Source: an uncultured Dehalococcoidales bacterium
GTDB lineage: Bacteria > Chloroflexota > UBA6077 > FW602-bin22
DNA length: 64,000 nt
Reading direction: 5' to 3'
Assembly (NCBI GenBank): GCA_964536925.1
Contig: CAZHZF010000007.1
Coordinates: 5,237-69,236 of the forward strand
This document shows, piece after piece, positions 45,394-53,659 of the stretch. The translations under genes were made by a program, and so were the position numbers. Position 1 is the first letter of the stretch, and every line of letters starts with the position of its first letter. Under the pieces are notes generated by a model. That model made no database searches. It was given only the letters and a program-made list of their open reading frames with translations, and had not been told where the DNA came from.

Positions 45394-45399
45394 ATTGTA
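45394..45399 (-). promoter_or_regulatory. candidate -10 element TACAAT for the aldehyde dehydrogenase gene
   Basis: The minus strand reads cacaggTACAATcagggggctttcAAGGAGGcagcgacgacatctATG. A small hairpin (45411-45427) lies just upstream. Confidence 0.3.
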
Positions 45400-45511
45400 C
45401 CTGTGCCCCGCTCCGCGCTCAGCGGAGACGAAGGCGCGAGGTCCGACGACGCGGCCGCTCGCAGCCGGGCAGCGTCGCAGAGGCGGGAGGCGCTCGGCGG
45501 TCGGTCGGCTG

Positions 45512-47473
45512 CTACGAGCGCGGGACGAGGCGAACGATGAGGCGCTCGTCCAAGCCGCGGCCACCGGTCGGCGCGATTTGAATCACACCGGTGCGCGCAG
45601 CCCGTTGTCCGGGCACGCCACTCAGGACCAGCCGCAGCGTGTAGCGCCGCCCGGGCTCGATCCGCGCGGGTACTGAAGCCGGATCGACCGCGATCCCGGT
45701 CGCCGCGCTGAGCCTCACCTGCGGCCCGGCGACTGCCTGGGTCGCGGCAAAGTCCACGAGAACCTCGACCGCTTCCCCTTCGGCAAGCGTTCGCGTCACC
45801 AGCCGGTTCGACCAGTTGATTCGGGCCGCGCCGGGCACGACCTGACCGAGGCCGGCGATTGCTGTCGCCGCGGCCGACTCAGTCCCGGGCGAGGGAGCGG
45901 CGATCCGCAGGCTCATTCCGCCCACGGTCGGCGTCGGAGTCACGGTATGGGTGGCGGTCGGTGTGTGGGTGCGTGTCGGGGTGAATGTCCGCGTCAGTGT
46001 GACGGTGTGGGTCAGCGTCACCGTGAACGTCGGCGTCGCGGTGAAGGTTCGCGTGCTCGTCGGCGTCTGCGTGACGGTCGAGGTCCGGCTGGGCGTGTTC
46101 GTCCGCGTCGGTGTGTGGGTGCGGGTGGGCGTGTGGGTGCGGGTGGGCGTCAGCGTGATCGTCGGCGTGAGTGTCACCGTCGGCGTCAGCGTCAGCGTCG
46201 GCGTCAGCGTGAACGTCCTCGTCGGCGAGAGGGTCCGGGTCGGGGTGATGGTGCGTGTCAATGTGGGCGTGCGCGTCAGAGTCACCGTGGGCGTCGGCGT
46301 GATCGTCCGCGTGAGCGTAACTGTCCTTGTCGGCGTCACCGTGCGGGTCAGCGTCGATGTGCGCGTCTGGGTAACAGTTCTCGTGAGTGTCTGAGTGGGG
46401 GACAGCGTCACGGTGCGGGTGAGGGTCGGAGTTCTGGTCTGAGTCGGGGTACGGGTGAGCGTCGGTGTCAACGTCGGCGCTGTTGTCGGCGACAGCGTGA
46501 CGGTCGGGGTGAGGGTGACCGTCGGCGACAGCGTCACGGTCCTGGTAGGCGTGAAGGTGCGGGTGAGGGTGATCGTCGCGGTCGGCGTCACAGTCCAGGT
46601 GCGGGTCGGCGTCGACGTACGGGTGAAGGTTGCCGTCTGAGTGACGGTCGACGTCCGACTCGGCGTGTGCGTCCGCGTGGGCGTATGAGTCCGGGTCGGC
46701 GTGTGGGTGAGCGTCGGCGTCAGGGTAATGGTGAAGGTCGGCGTGATCGTCGGCGTCTGCGTCACGGTCAGAGTGGGCGAGACCGTTCGGGTGGGTGACG
46801 GCGTTCGGGTCGACGTCGTCGTCCTGGTCAGGGTCTGGGTCCGCGTGAGCGACGGCGTGCGTGTCAGGGTGACGGTCCGTGTCAGCGACTGCGTGCGGGT
46901 CGGCGTGATCGTGCGTGTGAGCGATGGCGTGCGCGTCGTCGTGATCGTTCGCGTCAGAGTCGGAGTTCGCGTGAGCGTCTGAGTCCGGGTCAACGAGGGC
47001 GTGCGCGTCAGCGTCTGGGTGCGTGTGAGCGTCACCGTACGCGTGAGTGTCGGAGTGCGCGTCAGGCTCGGCGTGCGACTCAGGGTCGTCGTCCGCGTCG
47101 GCGTGATCGTCCTCGTCCGTGTGACCGTGCGGGTGGGTGTGATGGTGCGCGTGTTCGTCGGGGTCCGCGTGAGGGTCACCGTACGTGTCAGGGTGACTGT
47201 TCTTGTAAGCGTGATCGTCCGTGTGGGCGTGATGGTGCGCGTGGGCGTAACGGTCCGCGTGTTCGTCGGCGTGCGGGTCAGCGTGATGGTGCGGGTGAGG
47301 GTGATCGTCCGCGTCGGGGTGATCGTCCGCGTCGGGGTGATGGTGCGGGTGTTCGTGGGGGTTCGGGTGTTTGTCGGCGTGGACTGGGCAGATGCCGGAA
47401 TCGGGAGCACGAAGAGGAGGAGCAACGCGATGAGTGCAGGCGCAATGCGCCACGCGATCGCGGATCCACGCAT
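45512..47473 (-). CDS. secreted, extremely basic (Thr/Ser-X)n repeat protein with 136-aa C-terminal globular domain
   Basis: ORF 45512-47647. Codons upstream of Met59 have poor GC3, so the start is set at 47473 ([29 protein letters not shown] is signal-peptide-like). Residues 32-517 alternate T/S with X, and residues 518-653 are non-repetitive. Confidence 0.85.
   Translation of the reverse strand: MRGSAIAWRIAPALIALLLLFVLPIPASAQSTPTNTRTPTNTRTITPTRTITPTRTITLTRTITLTRTPTNTRTVTPTRTITPTRTITLTRTVTLTRTVTLTRTPTNTRTITPTRTVTRTRTITPTRTTTLSRTPSLTRTPTLTRTVTLTRTQTLTRTPSLTRTQTLTRTPTLTRTITTTRTPSLTRTITPTRTQSLTRTVTLTRTPSLTRTQTLTRTTTSTRTPSPTRTVSPTLTVTQTPTITPTFTITLTPTLTHTPTRTHTPTRTHTPSRTSTVTQTATFTRTSTPTRTWTVTPTATITLTRTFTPTRTVTLSPTVTLTPTVTLSPTTAPTLTPTLTRTPTQTRTPTLTRTVTLSPTQTLTRTVTQTRTSTLTRTVTPTRTVTLTRTITPTPTVTLTRTPTLTRTITPTRTLSPTRTFTLTPTLTLTPTVTLTPTITLTPTRTHTPTRTHTPTRTNTPSRTSTVTQTPTSTRTFTATPTFTVTLTHTVTLTRTFTPTRTHTPTATHTVTPTPTVGGMSLRIAAPSPGTESAAATAIAGLGQVVPGAARINWSNRLVTRTLAEGEAVEVLVDFAATQAVAGPQVRLSAATGIAVDPASVPARIEPGRRYTLRLVLSGVPGQRAARTGVIQIAPTGGRGLDERLIVRLVPRS
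45923..47380 (-). repeat. coding tandem repeat: 243 consecutive (Thr/Ser)-X dipeptide units, 18-nt (T-R-T-x-T-P/L) super-period
   Basis: A hydroxyl residue sits at every even position from 32 to 516, with a single exception (Ala332). I counted about 60 Arg and no Asp/Glu. The phase never slips. The opposite and alternate frames stay open and generate the VRVGV and H/D/A/P-rich phantom ORFs in the track. Confidence 0.9.
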
Positions 47474-47722
47474 CCCTGCCGCCACCACCGCTCGCTTCGG
47501 ACGGCGATTCACCGCCGGCCGGCATTCCGACGGCGCCAATACTAGGCACCCCTCGGGCAACTGTCGATGCCCTTGCCCACGCTCGCGCGCGGTCGTTACA
47601 GAACAGTCACGTTCACGCCGGTCGTGCGTCAACACAGGATGTCCCATCGAGTATCGGCACTCCGGCGCCGAGCCGCATGCGTCATTCGGACGAGCTTGCG
47701 TAGCCGGCGTCCGAAAGCGGGC

Positions 47723-48586
47723 CTATACCGAGCCTCGCCGATCGGGGTGCGCGGCAAGGTAATCGGCCATACGGCGCGCGCCGGTCGATGGGAACGTCAT
47801 GAACTCGCCACCATCCACGGTGAGCGTCTGGCCGGTGATCCAGTCCGAGAGGTCGGACACCAGATAGAGAACCGCGCGCGCGATGTCGCGCGGGTGTCCG
47901 GCGCGCTTCAGCGCTTTCAGCATCGTCGCCTCGGCCCGGCGCACCTCATCCGCCATCGCCCGCTCGTGCTCTTCGGCGGAGGGGATCGCGCCGGGGCAGA
48001 TGCAGTTGCAGCGGATCTTCGACGGGCCGAAGTCCCAGGCGACCTGGCGGGTGAAATGGACGACCGCGGCCTTCGCGGTCTGGTACGTGACATAACGATC
48101 TGATACGTGTCGCGCGTGGACCGACGAGATGTTGACGATCGCCCCGCCGCCCGCGGCCTCCATATGCGGGATCGCGTACTTGCAGCCGAGGTAGAGCGCC
48201 TTCAGGAGCACGTCGAACGACCGATCCCAGTCCGCCTCGTCGAGTTCGACGACGTTGCCGACCTTTTCCCAGTGCGCATTGTTGATGAGGATGTCGAGAC
48301 GGCCGAATCGCGCCACCGTCGCATCGATGAGCGAGGCGACCTGCTCTCCGCGCCCGACGTCGGTGGGATGGGCGAACGCGCTGCCGCCCTCGGCCGCGAT
48401 CTCCGCGGCCGCGCGATCGCCGGCCTCGGCATCGATCTCCCCGATCGCCACGTGCGCGCCCTGCCCGGCCAGGACGCGCGCGATCTCGCGACCGATCCGC
48501 CGACCCGCGCCGGTTACGATCGCGACGCGCCCATCGAGGCGCAGCAGATCACCCAGATGGCCGGCCGGGAGCCCGGTGAGACTCAT
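47723..48586 (-). CDS. SDR family oxidoreductase
   Basis: VAIVTGAGRRIGREIA (TGxxxxIG) and YVTYQTAKAA (YxxxK). The ATG overlaps the stop of the MoaD-like gene (ATGA). Confidence 0.9.
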   Translation of the reverse strand: MSLTGLPAGHLGDLLRLDGRVAIVTGAGRRIGREIARVLAGQGAHVAIGEIDAEAGDRAAAEIAAEGGSAFAHPTDVGRGEQVASLIDATVARFGRLDILINNAHWEKVGNVVELDEADWDRSFDVLLKALYLGCKYAIPHMEAAGGGAIVNISSVHARHVSDRYVTYQTAKAAVVHFTRQVAWDFGPSKIRCNCICPGAIPSAEEHERAMADEVRRAEATMLKALKRAGHPRDIARAVLYLVSDLSDWITGQTLTVDGGEFMTFPSTGARRMADYLAAHPDRRGSV

Positions 48587-48855
48587 GCGCCGCGCCCGCC
48601 GCTGATCGCCGGCAAGAAGTGCACCTCGCTCGTCGGTCCCACCCGCTCCATGAGACCGATCCGCGTGACGTAGCCGTCGACCGCCACATTGACCCGAGGA
48701 CTCAGGACGTCACCGTCCACGAGGCGCTCTCGGATTCCCGGGAATCGGGACTCCAGCGCGTTGACGATCTGGCGAACGGTCTGCCCATCGACCTCGACCG
48801 TCGCCGCGCCGCCGGTCAGTTCGCGCAGGAGTGCCGGGATGAAGACCGTTGCCAT
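48583..48855 (-). CDS. MoaD/ThiS/CysO-like beta-grasp sulfur-carrier-type protein with residues beyond the Gly-Gly
   Basis: 90 aa: MATVFIPALLRELTGGAATVEVDGQTVRQIVNALESRFPGIRERLVDGD...VHFLPAISGG-RGA. The layout resembles CysO/MoaD-type carriers. The GG at residues 86-87 is followed by three extra residues. Confidence 0.8.
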   Translation of the reverse strand: MATVFIPALLRELTGGAATVEVDGQTVRQIVNALESRFPGIRERLVDGDVLSPRVNVAVDGYVTRIGLMERVGPTSEVHFLPAISGGRGA

Positions 48856-48886
48856 GCACTTCGGGCATTCCCGTGCGAGCCGGTCG

Positions 48887-48921
48887 GCCGGACGGGCGCC
48901 GCGAGGGCGGTGCCGTCCGGC
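48887..48921. other. intercistronic GC-rich stem-loop (9-bp perfect stem GCCGGACGG/CCGTCCGGC)
   Basis: It lies in the 72-nt gap between the Mo-subunit stop (48928) and the MoaD-like start (48855). The loop contains a further CGCC/GGCG pairing. There is no U-tract. Confidence 0.35.
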
Positions 48922-48927
48922 GCGCCG

Positions 48928-51231
48928 TCACTCCCTGGGGATTACCCCGGTGTCCTCCAGGATTGCCCGCGGCGACATCGGCAAGCGGTTCATCCGGACC
49001 CCGATCGCATTGTGGATCGCCGCCGCGACCGCCGCCGGCGGAGGCACGATTGGCACCTCGCCCACGCCACGGACCCCATACGGGTGGCCCGGATTCGGCA
49101 CCTCCACGATCACCGTATCGATCATGGGCAGGTCGTAGGTCAGAGGCATGCGGTAGTCGAGGAAGGATGCGTTCGTCATCGCGCCATCTCGATTGAACAC
49201 GTACTCCTCGTTCAGCGCCCACCCGATGCCCTGGACGGTGCCACCCTGAAGCTGGCCCTCGACATAGCTCGGGTGGATCGCCTTACCGGCGTCCTGCACC
49301 GTCGTCCAGCGCAGGATGCGCACCTTGCCGGTATCGGGATCCACTTCGAGGTCGCAGATCATCGTGGCGAAAGCGCCACCATGACCGCCGGGATCCACGT
49401 TGGCGCTGCCGGTGAGCGGACCCCCGGTATGCCCAAGTTTCCCGGCGAGTTCCTTGAAGCCGATCCTGTGCGCGCCAGACGTGAACGTGCCCTCCGCGAA
49501 CGAGACCGTCGCGGCATCCACCTCCCACAGCTTTGCCGCGCGGTCCTTCATCTGCCTCACGACGTCCTGGGCCGCCTCATAGGCAGCGAGGCCGGTCGCG
49601 TAGGTCGTGCGACTGCCACCGGTGACATGGGTGAAGCCCACCGAGTCGGTATCGACCACGCTCGGCCGCACGTCCTCGGCGGCGATCCCGAGGACCTCGG
49701 CGGCCTGCATCGCGATGGACGTGCGTGACCCTCCGATGTCGGTCGACCCCTCGATGAGAGTGATCGTCCCGTCCGGATTCACGCTGATGGAACAACTTGA
49801 AGCCAGTCCGACGTTGAACCAGAAGCCATGGGCGACGCCGCGCCCTCGCTTCTTCCCGTCGCGGGCCGGCTCGAGCGGCGTGCGGTAGTGCTCGTGATTC
49901 TTCGCCACCTCGAGGCACTCGATAGCGCCGACCCGGTTGTACACCGGCCCATCGATGCGGCGCGTGCCTTCCTTCGCCGAGTTCTTGAGGCGGAGTTCGA
50001 TCGGGTCCATGCCCACCTTCTCCGCCAGTTCATCGAGCATCATCTCCGAGGCGAAAGCTGCCTGAGTCGCGCCGGGCGCGCGGTAGGCGAACGACCGGGG
50101 CTTGTTGCAGACCACGTCGTAGCCGTCGATCCGTCCGTTGGGGATGTCGTACGGCGCCCACATGCACATCGCCGCGGCGCCCACAGCCGAACCCGGGTAG
50201 GCGCCGGCTTCCATCGCCAGGGTCGAGTCGACCGCGACGATCCGGCCATCCTTCTTCGCGCCGAGGCGCGCCTTGATCCACGAGGCGGGGGACGGACCGG
50301 TCCCCTGGAACTCGTCCGATCGACTCATCAGAACCTTGACCGGGCGGCCCGACTTCTTCGATAGCAAAGCCGCGATGGGCTGGAGGTAGAGCGGGATCTT
50401 TCCGCCGAAGCCGCCGCCGATCTCGGTCGGGACAACCTTGATCTTCGAGATCGGGTGCTTCAGCACCTGGACGAGTTGATCGCGGACCGGGAACGCACCC
50501 TGCGTGCTGCCCCAGACGGTGATCGAGTCGTCGGCGCTCCAGAGCGCCGTGGCGTTGTGCGGTTCGATGTATCCCTGATGCACCGTCGCGGTGGTGACTT
50601 CTCGCTCGATGATGATGTCCGCCTCGGCGAATCCCTTCTCGATGTCCCCGAGTTCGTGACGGAAATGCTGAGCGATGTTGCTCTTCTTACCCGTGTCTTT
50701 GCCGAACTCCTGGGTCGTCACGTTATCGTGGAGCAGTGGGGCGGAGTCCTTCATCGCCTCCCGCACATCGAGCACGGCCGGCAGGATCTCCCACTCGATG
50801 TCGATGAGTTTGAGCGCCTCCTCGGCCACGTGTGGGCTGTTCGCCGCGACCGCCGCGACGGGGTGGCCCCGATAGAGCACCTTGTCGGTCGCCATCACGT
50901 TGTCGCTGAGGTGCTTCAGATTGACGTTCCCCTCGCCGAGGTCCTGCCAGCGATCGTCGGCCTCGGGGAAGTCCTTCCCGGTGATGACGGCCCGAACGCC
51001 CGGAAGCGCCGCGGCGCGTGACGTATCGATCTTCCTGATGCGCGCGTGGGCGTGGGGGCTGCGCAACACCCGGCCGTGGATCAACCCGGCGATCTTGAAA
51101 TCGGCGCCGTACACGGCGCGGCCCACGACCTTATCCACACCATCGTGACGGATCGGCCGGGTGCCGACGACGCGATAGTGCGTCGTGGCGAGAACCTGGT
51201 TGGAGCGGCTCAAGCGATCGGCGGTCCTCAT
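48928..51231 (-). CDS. xanthine dehydrogenase family molybdopterin-binding large subunit
   Basis: ORF 48928-51411, Met61 (51231). It contains YRVVGTRPIRHDGVDKVVGRAVYGADF, EIGGGFGGK and YRAPGATQ. Length is 767 aa. It overlaps the small-subunit stop by 4 nt. Confidence 0.9.
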   Translation of the reverse strand: MRTADRLSRSNQVLATTHYRVVGTRPIRHDGVDKVVGRAVYGADFKIAGLIHGRVLRSPHAHARIRKIDTSRAAALPGVRAVITGKDFPEADDRWQDLGEGNVNLKHLSDNVMATDKVLYRGHPVAAVAANSPHVAEEALKLIDIEWEILPAVLDVREAMKDSAPLLHDNVTTQEFGKDTGKKSNIAQHFRHELGDIEKGFAEADIIIEREVTTATVHQGYIEPHNATALWSADDSITVWGSTQGAFPVRDQLVQVLKHPISKIKVVPTEIGGGFGGKIPLYLQPIAALLSKKSGRPVKVLMSRSDEFQGTGPSPASWIKARLGAKKDGRIVAVDSTLAMEAGAYPGSAVGAAAMCMWAPYDIPNGRIDGYDVVCNKPRSFAYRAPGATQAAFASEMMLDELAEKVGMDPIELRLKNSAKEGTRRIDGPVYNRVGAIECLEVAKNHEHYRTPLEPARDGKKRGRGVAHGFWFNVGLASSCSISVNPDGTITLIEGSTDIGGSRTSIAMQAAEVLGIAAEDVRPSVVDTDSVGFTHVTGGSRTTYATGLAAYEAAQDVVRQMKDRAAKLWEVDAATVSFAEGTFTSGAHRIGFKELAGKLGHTGGPLTGSANVDPGGHGGAFATMICDLEVDPDTGKVRILRWTTVQDAGKAIHPSYVEGQLQGGTVQGIGWALNEEYVFNRDGAMTNASFLDYRMPLTYDLPMIDTVIVEVPNPGHPYGVRGVGEVPIVPPPAAVAAAIHNAIGVRMNRLPMSPRAILEDTGVIPRE

Positions 51232-51722
51232 GACTTTCCTCCCTCCAGGCGCTCGGACGCGTCGAGCACCGCGCGCACGATCTTGTCGTAGCCCGTGCAC
51301 CGACACAGGTTGCCCGACAGCCAGAAGCGGACACGCTCCTCGCTCGGCCGCGGCTCCCGCTCCAGGAGCGCCTTCGCGGATACGAGGAAGCCCGGTGTGC
51401 AGATGCCGCATTGCAGGGCGGCGTTCTCCAGGAACGCCTGCTGCAGGGCGTGCAGTTCACCGCTCTTCGCGATGCCCTCCACGGTCTCGATCGTGGTGCC
51501 CTGGGCCTCGACACCCAGGACCAGACACGAATTGCAGATGCGCCCATCGATTCGCACGATGCACGCGCCGCAGTTCCCGTCGTTGCACCCTTCCTTCGCG
51601 CCGGTCAGGCCGAGGACGTCGCGCAGGGTCTCGAGCAGGCTCTGCCGCGGCTCGACGAGGAAGTCCATCTCCTCGCCATTGATCGTTGCCTGGACGCGGA
51701 CGCGCGAGCTAGTGGCTGGCAT
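51228..51722 (-). CDS. (2Fe-2S)-binding small subunit of molybdenum hydroxylase
   Basis: Met56 of ORF 51228-51887. It contains GCNDGNCGACIV, the CGICTPGF cluster and NLCRCTGY. Length is 164 aa. Confidence 0.9.
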   Translation of the reverse strand: MPATSSRVRVQATINGEEMDFLVEPRQSLLETLRDVLGLTGAKEGCNDGNCGACIVRIDGRICNSCLVLGVEAQGTTIETVEGIAKSGELHALQQAFLENAALQCGICTPGFLVSAKALLEREPRPSEERVRFWLSGNLCRCTGYDKIVRAVLDASERLEGGKS

Positions 51723-52599
51723 GGACGACCTCCCCTCGTGCCCGGGCGAGCGCGCCCTGCACGACCCGTTTCGTGAACACACCGACGAGGTGGCGCCGCT
51801 GAGCGGCCGAACCTCGCATATCGCTGATCGGACGGGCGGCTGACTGCGCGGCCTCCGCGGCGCGGGCGAGAGCAGCCTCGCCGCCATCGGTGCCCACCAG
51901 AGCCGCGCCGGCCGCGGCCACGTACAACGGTGTCGGGGCGACCGATGCCAGCGCCACGCGGGCTGCCACGATCGTGCGTCGGTCCGCCGCCAGCTGGACC
52001 GAAGCGCCGACGCCGACGACCGCGATGTCCATCTCGTAACGAGGGATGAAGCGCTGATAGTGCGCGCCGCTGTGTGCGGCCGGGGCGGGAATCTCCAGTT
52101 CGACGAGGATCTCCCCGGGTGTCAAACAGGTGCGCCCGGGCGCAGTGCAGAAGTTCTCCGCGGCGACCCTTCGCTCGCCCGCCGGCCCCCGCACGACCGC
52201 GACCGCCCCGAGCGCGATGAGCGTGGGGATCGTGTCGCCACTCGGCGCCGCGTTACAGAGATTACCGCCCAGGCTGGCACGTCCCTGGATCGCGATGCCG
52301 CCCACGATCGACGCCGAGTCGACAAGACCCGCGTAATGGGTCTTGACATCGGGGTGGTCGTAGATGCGGTAGCACGGCACCGCCGCCCCCACCCGCAGGC
52401 CCTTCGCGTCGTAGGTCAGGCGGTTGAGCTCCGGAATTCCTTTGAGATCGATCACCAGGTCGGGATCGAGGCGTCCGACGCGCAGCTGGACCAGCAGGTC
52501 GGTCCCACCGGCGAAAGGCCGCGCCCGGCCGTTGCTGCCGGCGAGGGCGGCGATCGCCGCGTCCAGCGTCGTCGGCGCGGCGTACGCGAAGTCCCTCAC
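51709..52599 (-). CDS. FAD-binding medium subunit of molybdenum hydroxylase (CoxM/XdhB-like)
   Basis: GTG 52599 is preceded by GGAGGAAAACTC. It contains DFAYAAPTTLDAAIAAL...FAGGTDLLVQLRVGR. Length is 296 aa. Confidence 0.9.
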   Translation of the reverse strand: MRDFAYAAPTTLDAAIAALAGSNGRARPFAGGTDLLVQLRVGRLDPDLVIDLKGIPELNRLTYDAKGLRVGAAVPCYRIYDHPDVKTHYAGLVDSASIVGGIAIQGRASLGGNLCNAAPSGDTIPTLIALGAVAVVRGPAGERRVAAENFCTAPGRTCLTPGEILVELEIPAPAAHSGAHYQRFIPRYEMDIAVVGVGASVQLAADRRTIVAARVALASVAPTPLYVAAAGAALVGTDGGEAALARAAEAAQSAARPISDMRGSAAQRRHLVGVFTKRVVQGALARARGEVVHASH

Positions 52600-52637
52600 G
52601 AGTTTTCCTCCGTCACGCGCCAGGCGAGTTCGGCGCC

Positions 52638-53147
52638 ATGATATCCTGCCCCGGCTATCTCGCCGGCGAGGTAACGAGGGCCGTGCAACTCTCTGGAAAG
52701 GCCCACATCTCGGCACCGCGTGCCGATGTGTGGTCGGCCCTGCTCGATCCCGATGTCCTGAGTGCCTGCCTGCCGGGCTGCGAGGCGCTGACGCCCACCG
52801 GGCCCGACGCCTACGAGGCGTCGGTGGTGCTTGGTCTGGCCGGCATTAAGGGGAAGTACCACGGTCGTGTGCGCATCACCGATCGGGTCGAGGAGGTGGG
52901 ATATCGCCTCGCCGTGGAGGGGGCGGGTGGCGGGAATCGCATCAAAGGCGATGCCGTGATCGAACTGCGCGACGGCGCTCGCGGCGGGACCGACGTCCAT
53001 TACGAGGGCGAAGCACAGATCGCCGGAACGCTGGCCGTGGTAGGCCAGCGACTCCTCCAGCCCGCCGCGAAGTCCATGACCGAGAAGTTCTTCGCGTCCA
53101 TCGGGACGCAGGTGCGCAAACGTGTCGCTGAAGGGAGGCGTGCATGA
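52638..53147 (+). CDS. CoxG/SRPBCC family protein
   Basis: [36 protein letters not shown]...[14 protein letters not shown]. The alternative start is GTG 52683. Confidence 0.8.
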   Translation: MISCPGYLAGEVTRAVQLSGKAHISAPRADVWSALLDPDVLSACLPGCEALTPTGPDAYEASVVLGLAGIKGKYHGRVRITDRVEEVGYRLAVEGAGGGNRIKGDAVIELRDGARGGTDVHYEGEAQIAGTLAVVGQRLLQPAAKSMTEKFFASIGTQVRKRVAEGRRA

Positions 53148-53659
53148 CGAAATCCATCGCCGTGACTGTCAATGGCACCGAGTACCGACGGCAGGTCGAG
53201 CCGAGGCTCTTGCTCGTGCACTTTCTGCGGGATGTCCTCGGACTCACCGGGACCCACGTAGGCTGCGATACCAGCCAGTGTGGCGCCTGTACTGTGATCG
53301 TCAACGGGGAGATCGCGAAATCCTGCACGATCTTCGCCATCCAGGCCGATGGCGCGGTCATCCGCACGATCGAGGGGCTCTCCCGCGATGGCAAGCTGCA
53401 CCCGATCCAGATCGGCTTCTGGGAGGAGCACGGCCTTCAGTGCGGCTTCTGCACGCCGGGGATGATCATCGCCGCCTGGGGACTCCTGAAGCACAACCCC
53501 GATCCGACCGAGGAGCAGATCCGCCACGGGCTCGACGGGAACCTCTGTCGATGCACCGGGTATCAGCACATCGTCAACGCGATCAAGCACGCCGCGAAGA
53601 TCGACTCGCCGGCGGACTACGTGCTCGATGGCCCGGCGCCCCGCGGCGGGAGGAAGTAG
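53144..53659 (+). CDS. (2Fe-2S)-binding small subunit (CoxS-like)
   Basis: [14 protein letters not shown]..., [28 protein letters not shown]. Confidence 0.9.
   Translation: MTKSIAVTVNGTEYRRQVEPRLLLVHFLRDVLGLTGTHVGCDTSQCGACTVIVNGEIAKSCTIFAIQADGAVIRTIEGLSRDGKLHPIQIGFWEEHGLQCGFCTPGMIIAAWGLLKHNPDPTEEQIRHGLDGNLCRCTGYQHIVNAIKHAAKIDSPADYVLDGPAPRGGRK

Noticed and set aside
45923-47380. Interpreting the TxT-rich tract as an ice-binding/antifreeze protein, or as a CRISPR-like or other non-coding DNA repeat.
   Set aside because: TxT faces occur in insect antifreeze proteins. Here, though, there is no solenoid-length periodicity, no Cys scaffold and no ecological evidence. The DNA repeat has 6/18-nt coding periodicity with a signal peptide and no spacer-repeat organisation. 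The idea is kept only as one speculative option in the finding.
45879-47762. ORFs such as 45879-47549 (-, H/D/A/P-rich), 45947-46798 (+), 45951-46394 (+, VRVGV repeats), 46455-46640, 46701-46982 and 47001-47762 (+).
   Set aside because: These are the other reading frames of the (ACN-NNN)n repeat. The periodic composition removes stop codons in most frames. Only the Thr-X frame has a signal peptide, a sensible start context and a non-repetitive C-terminal domain.
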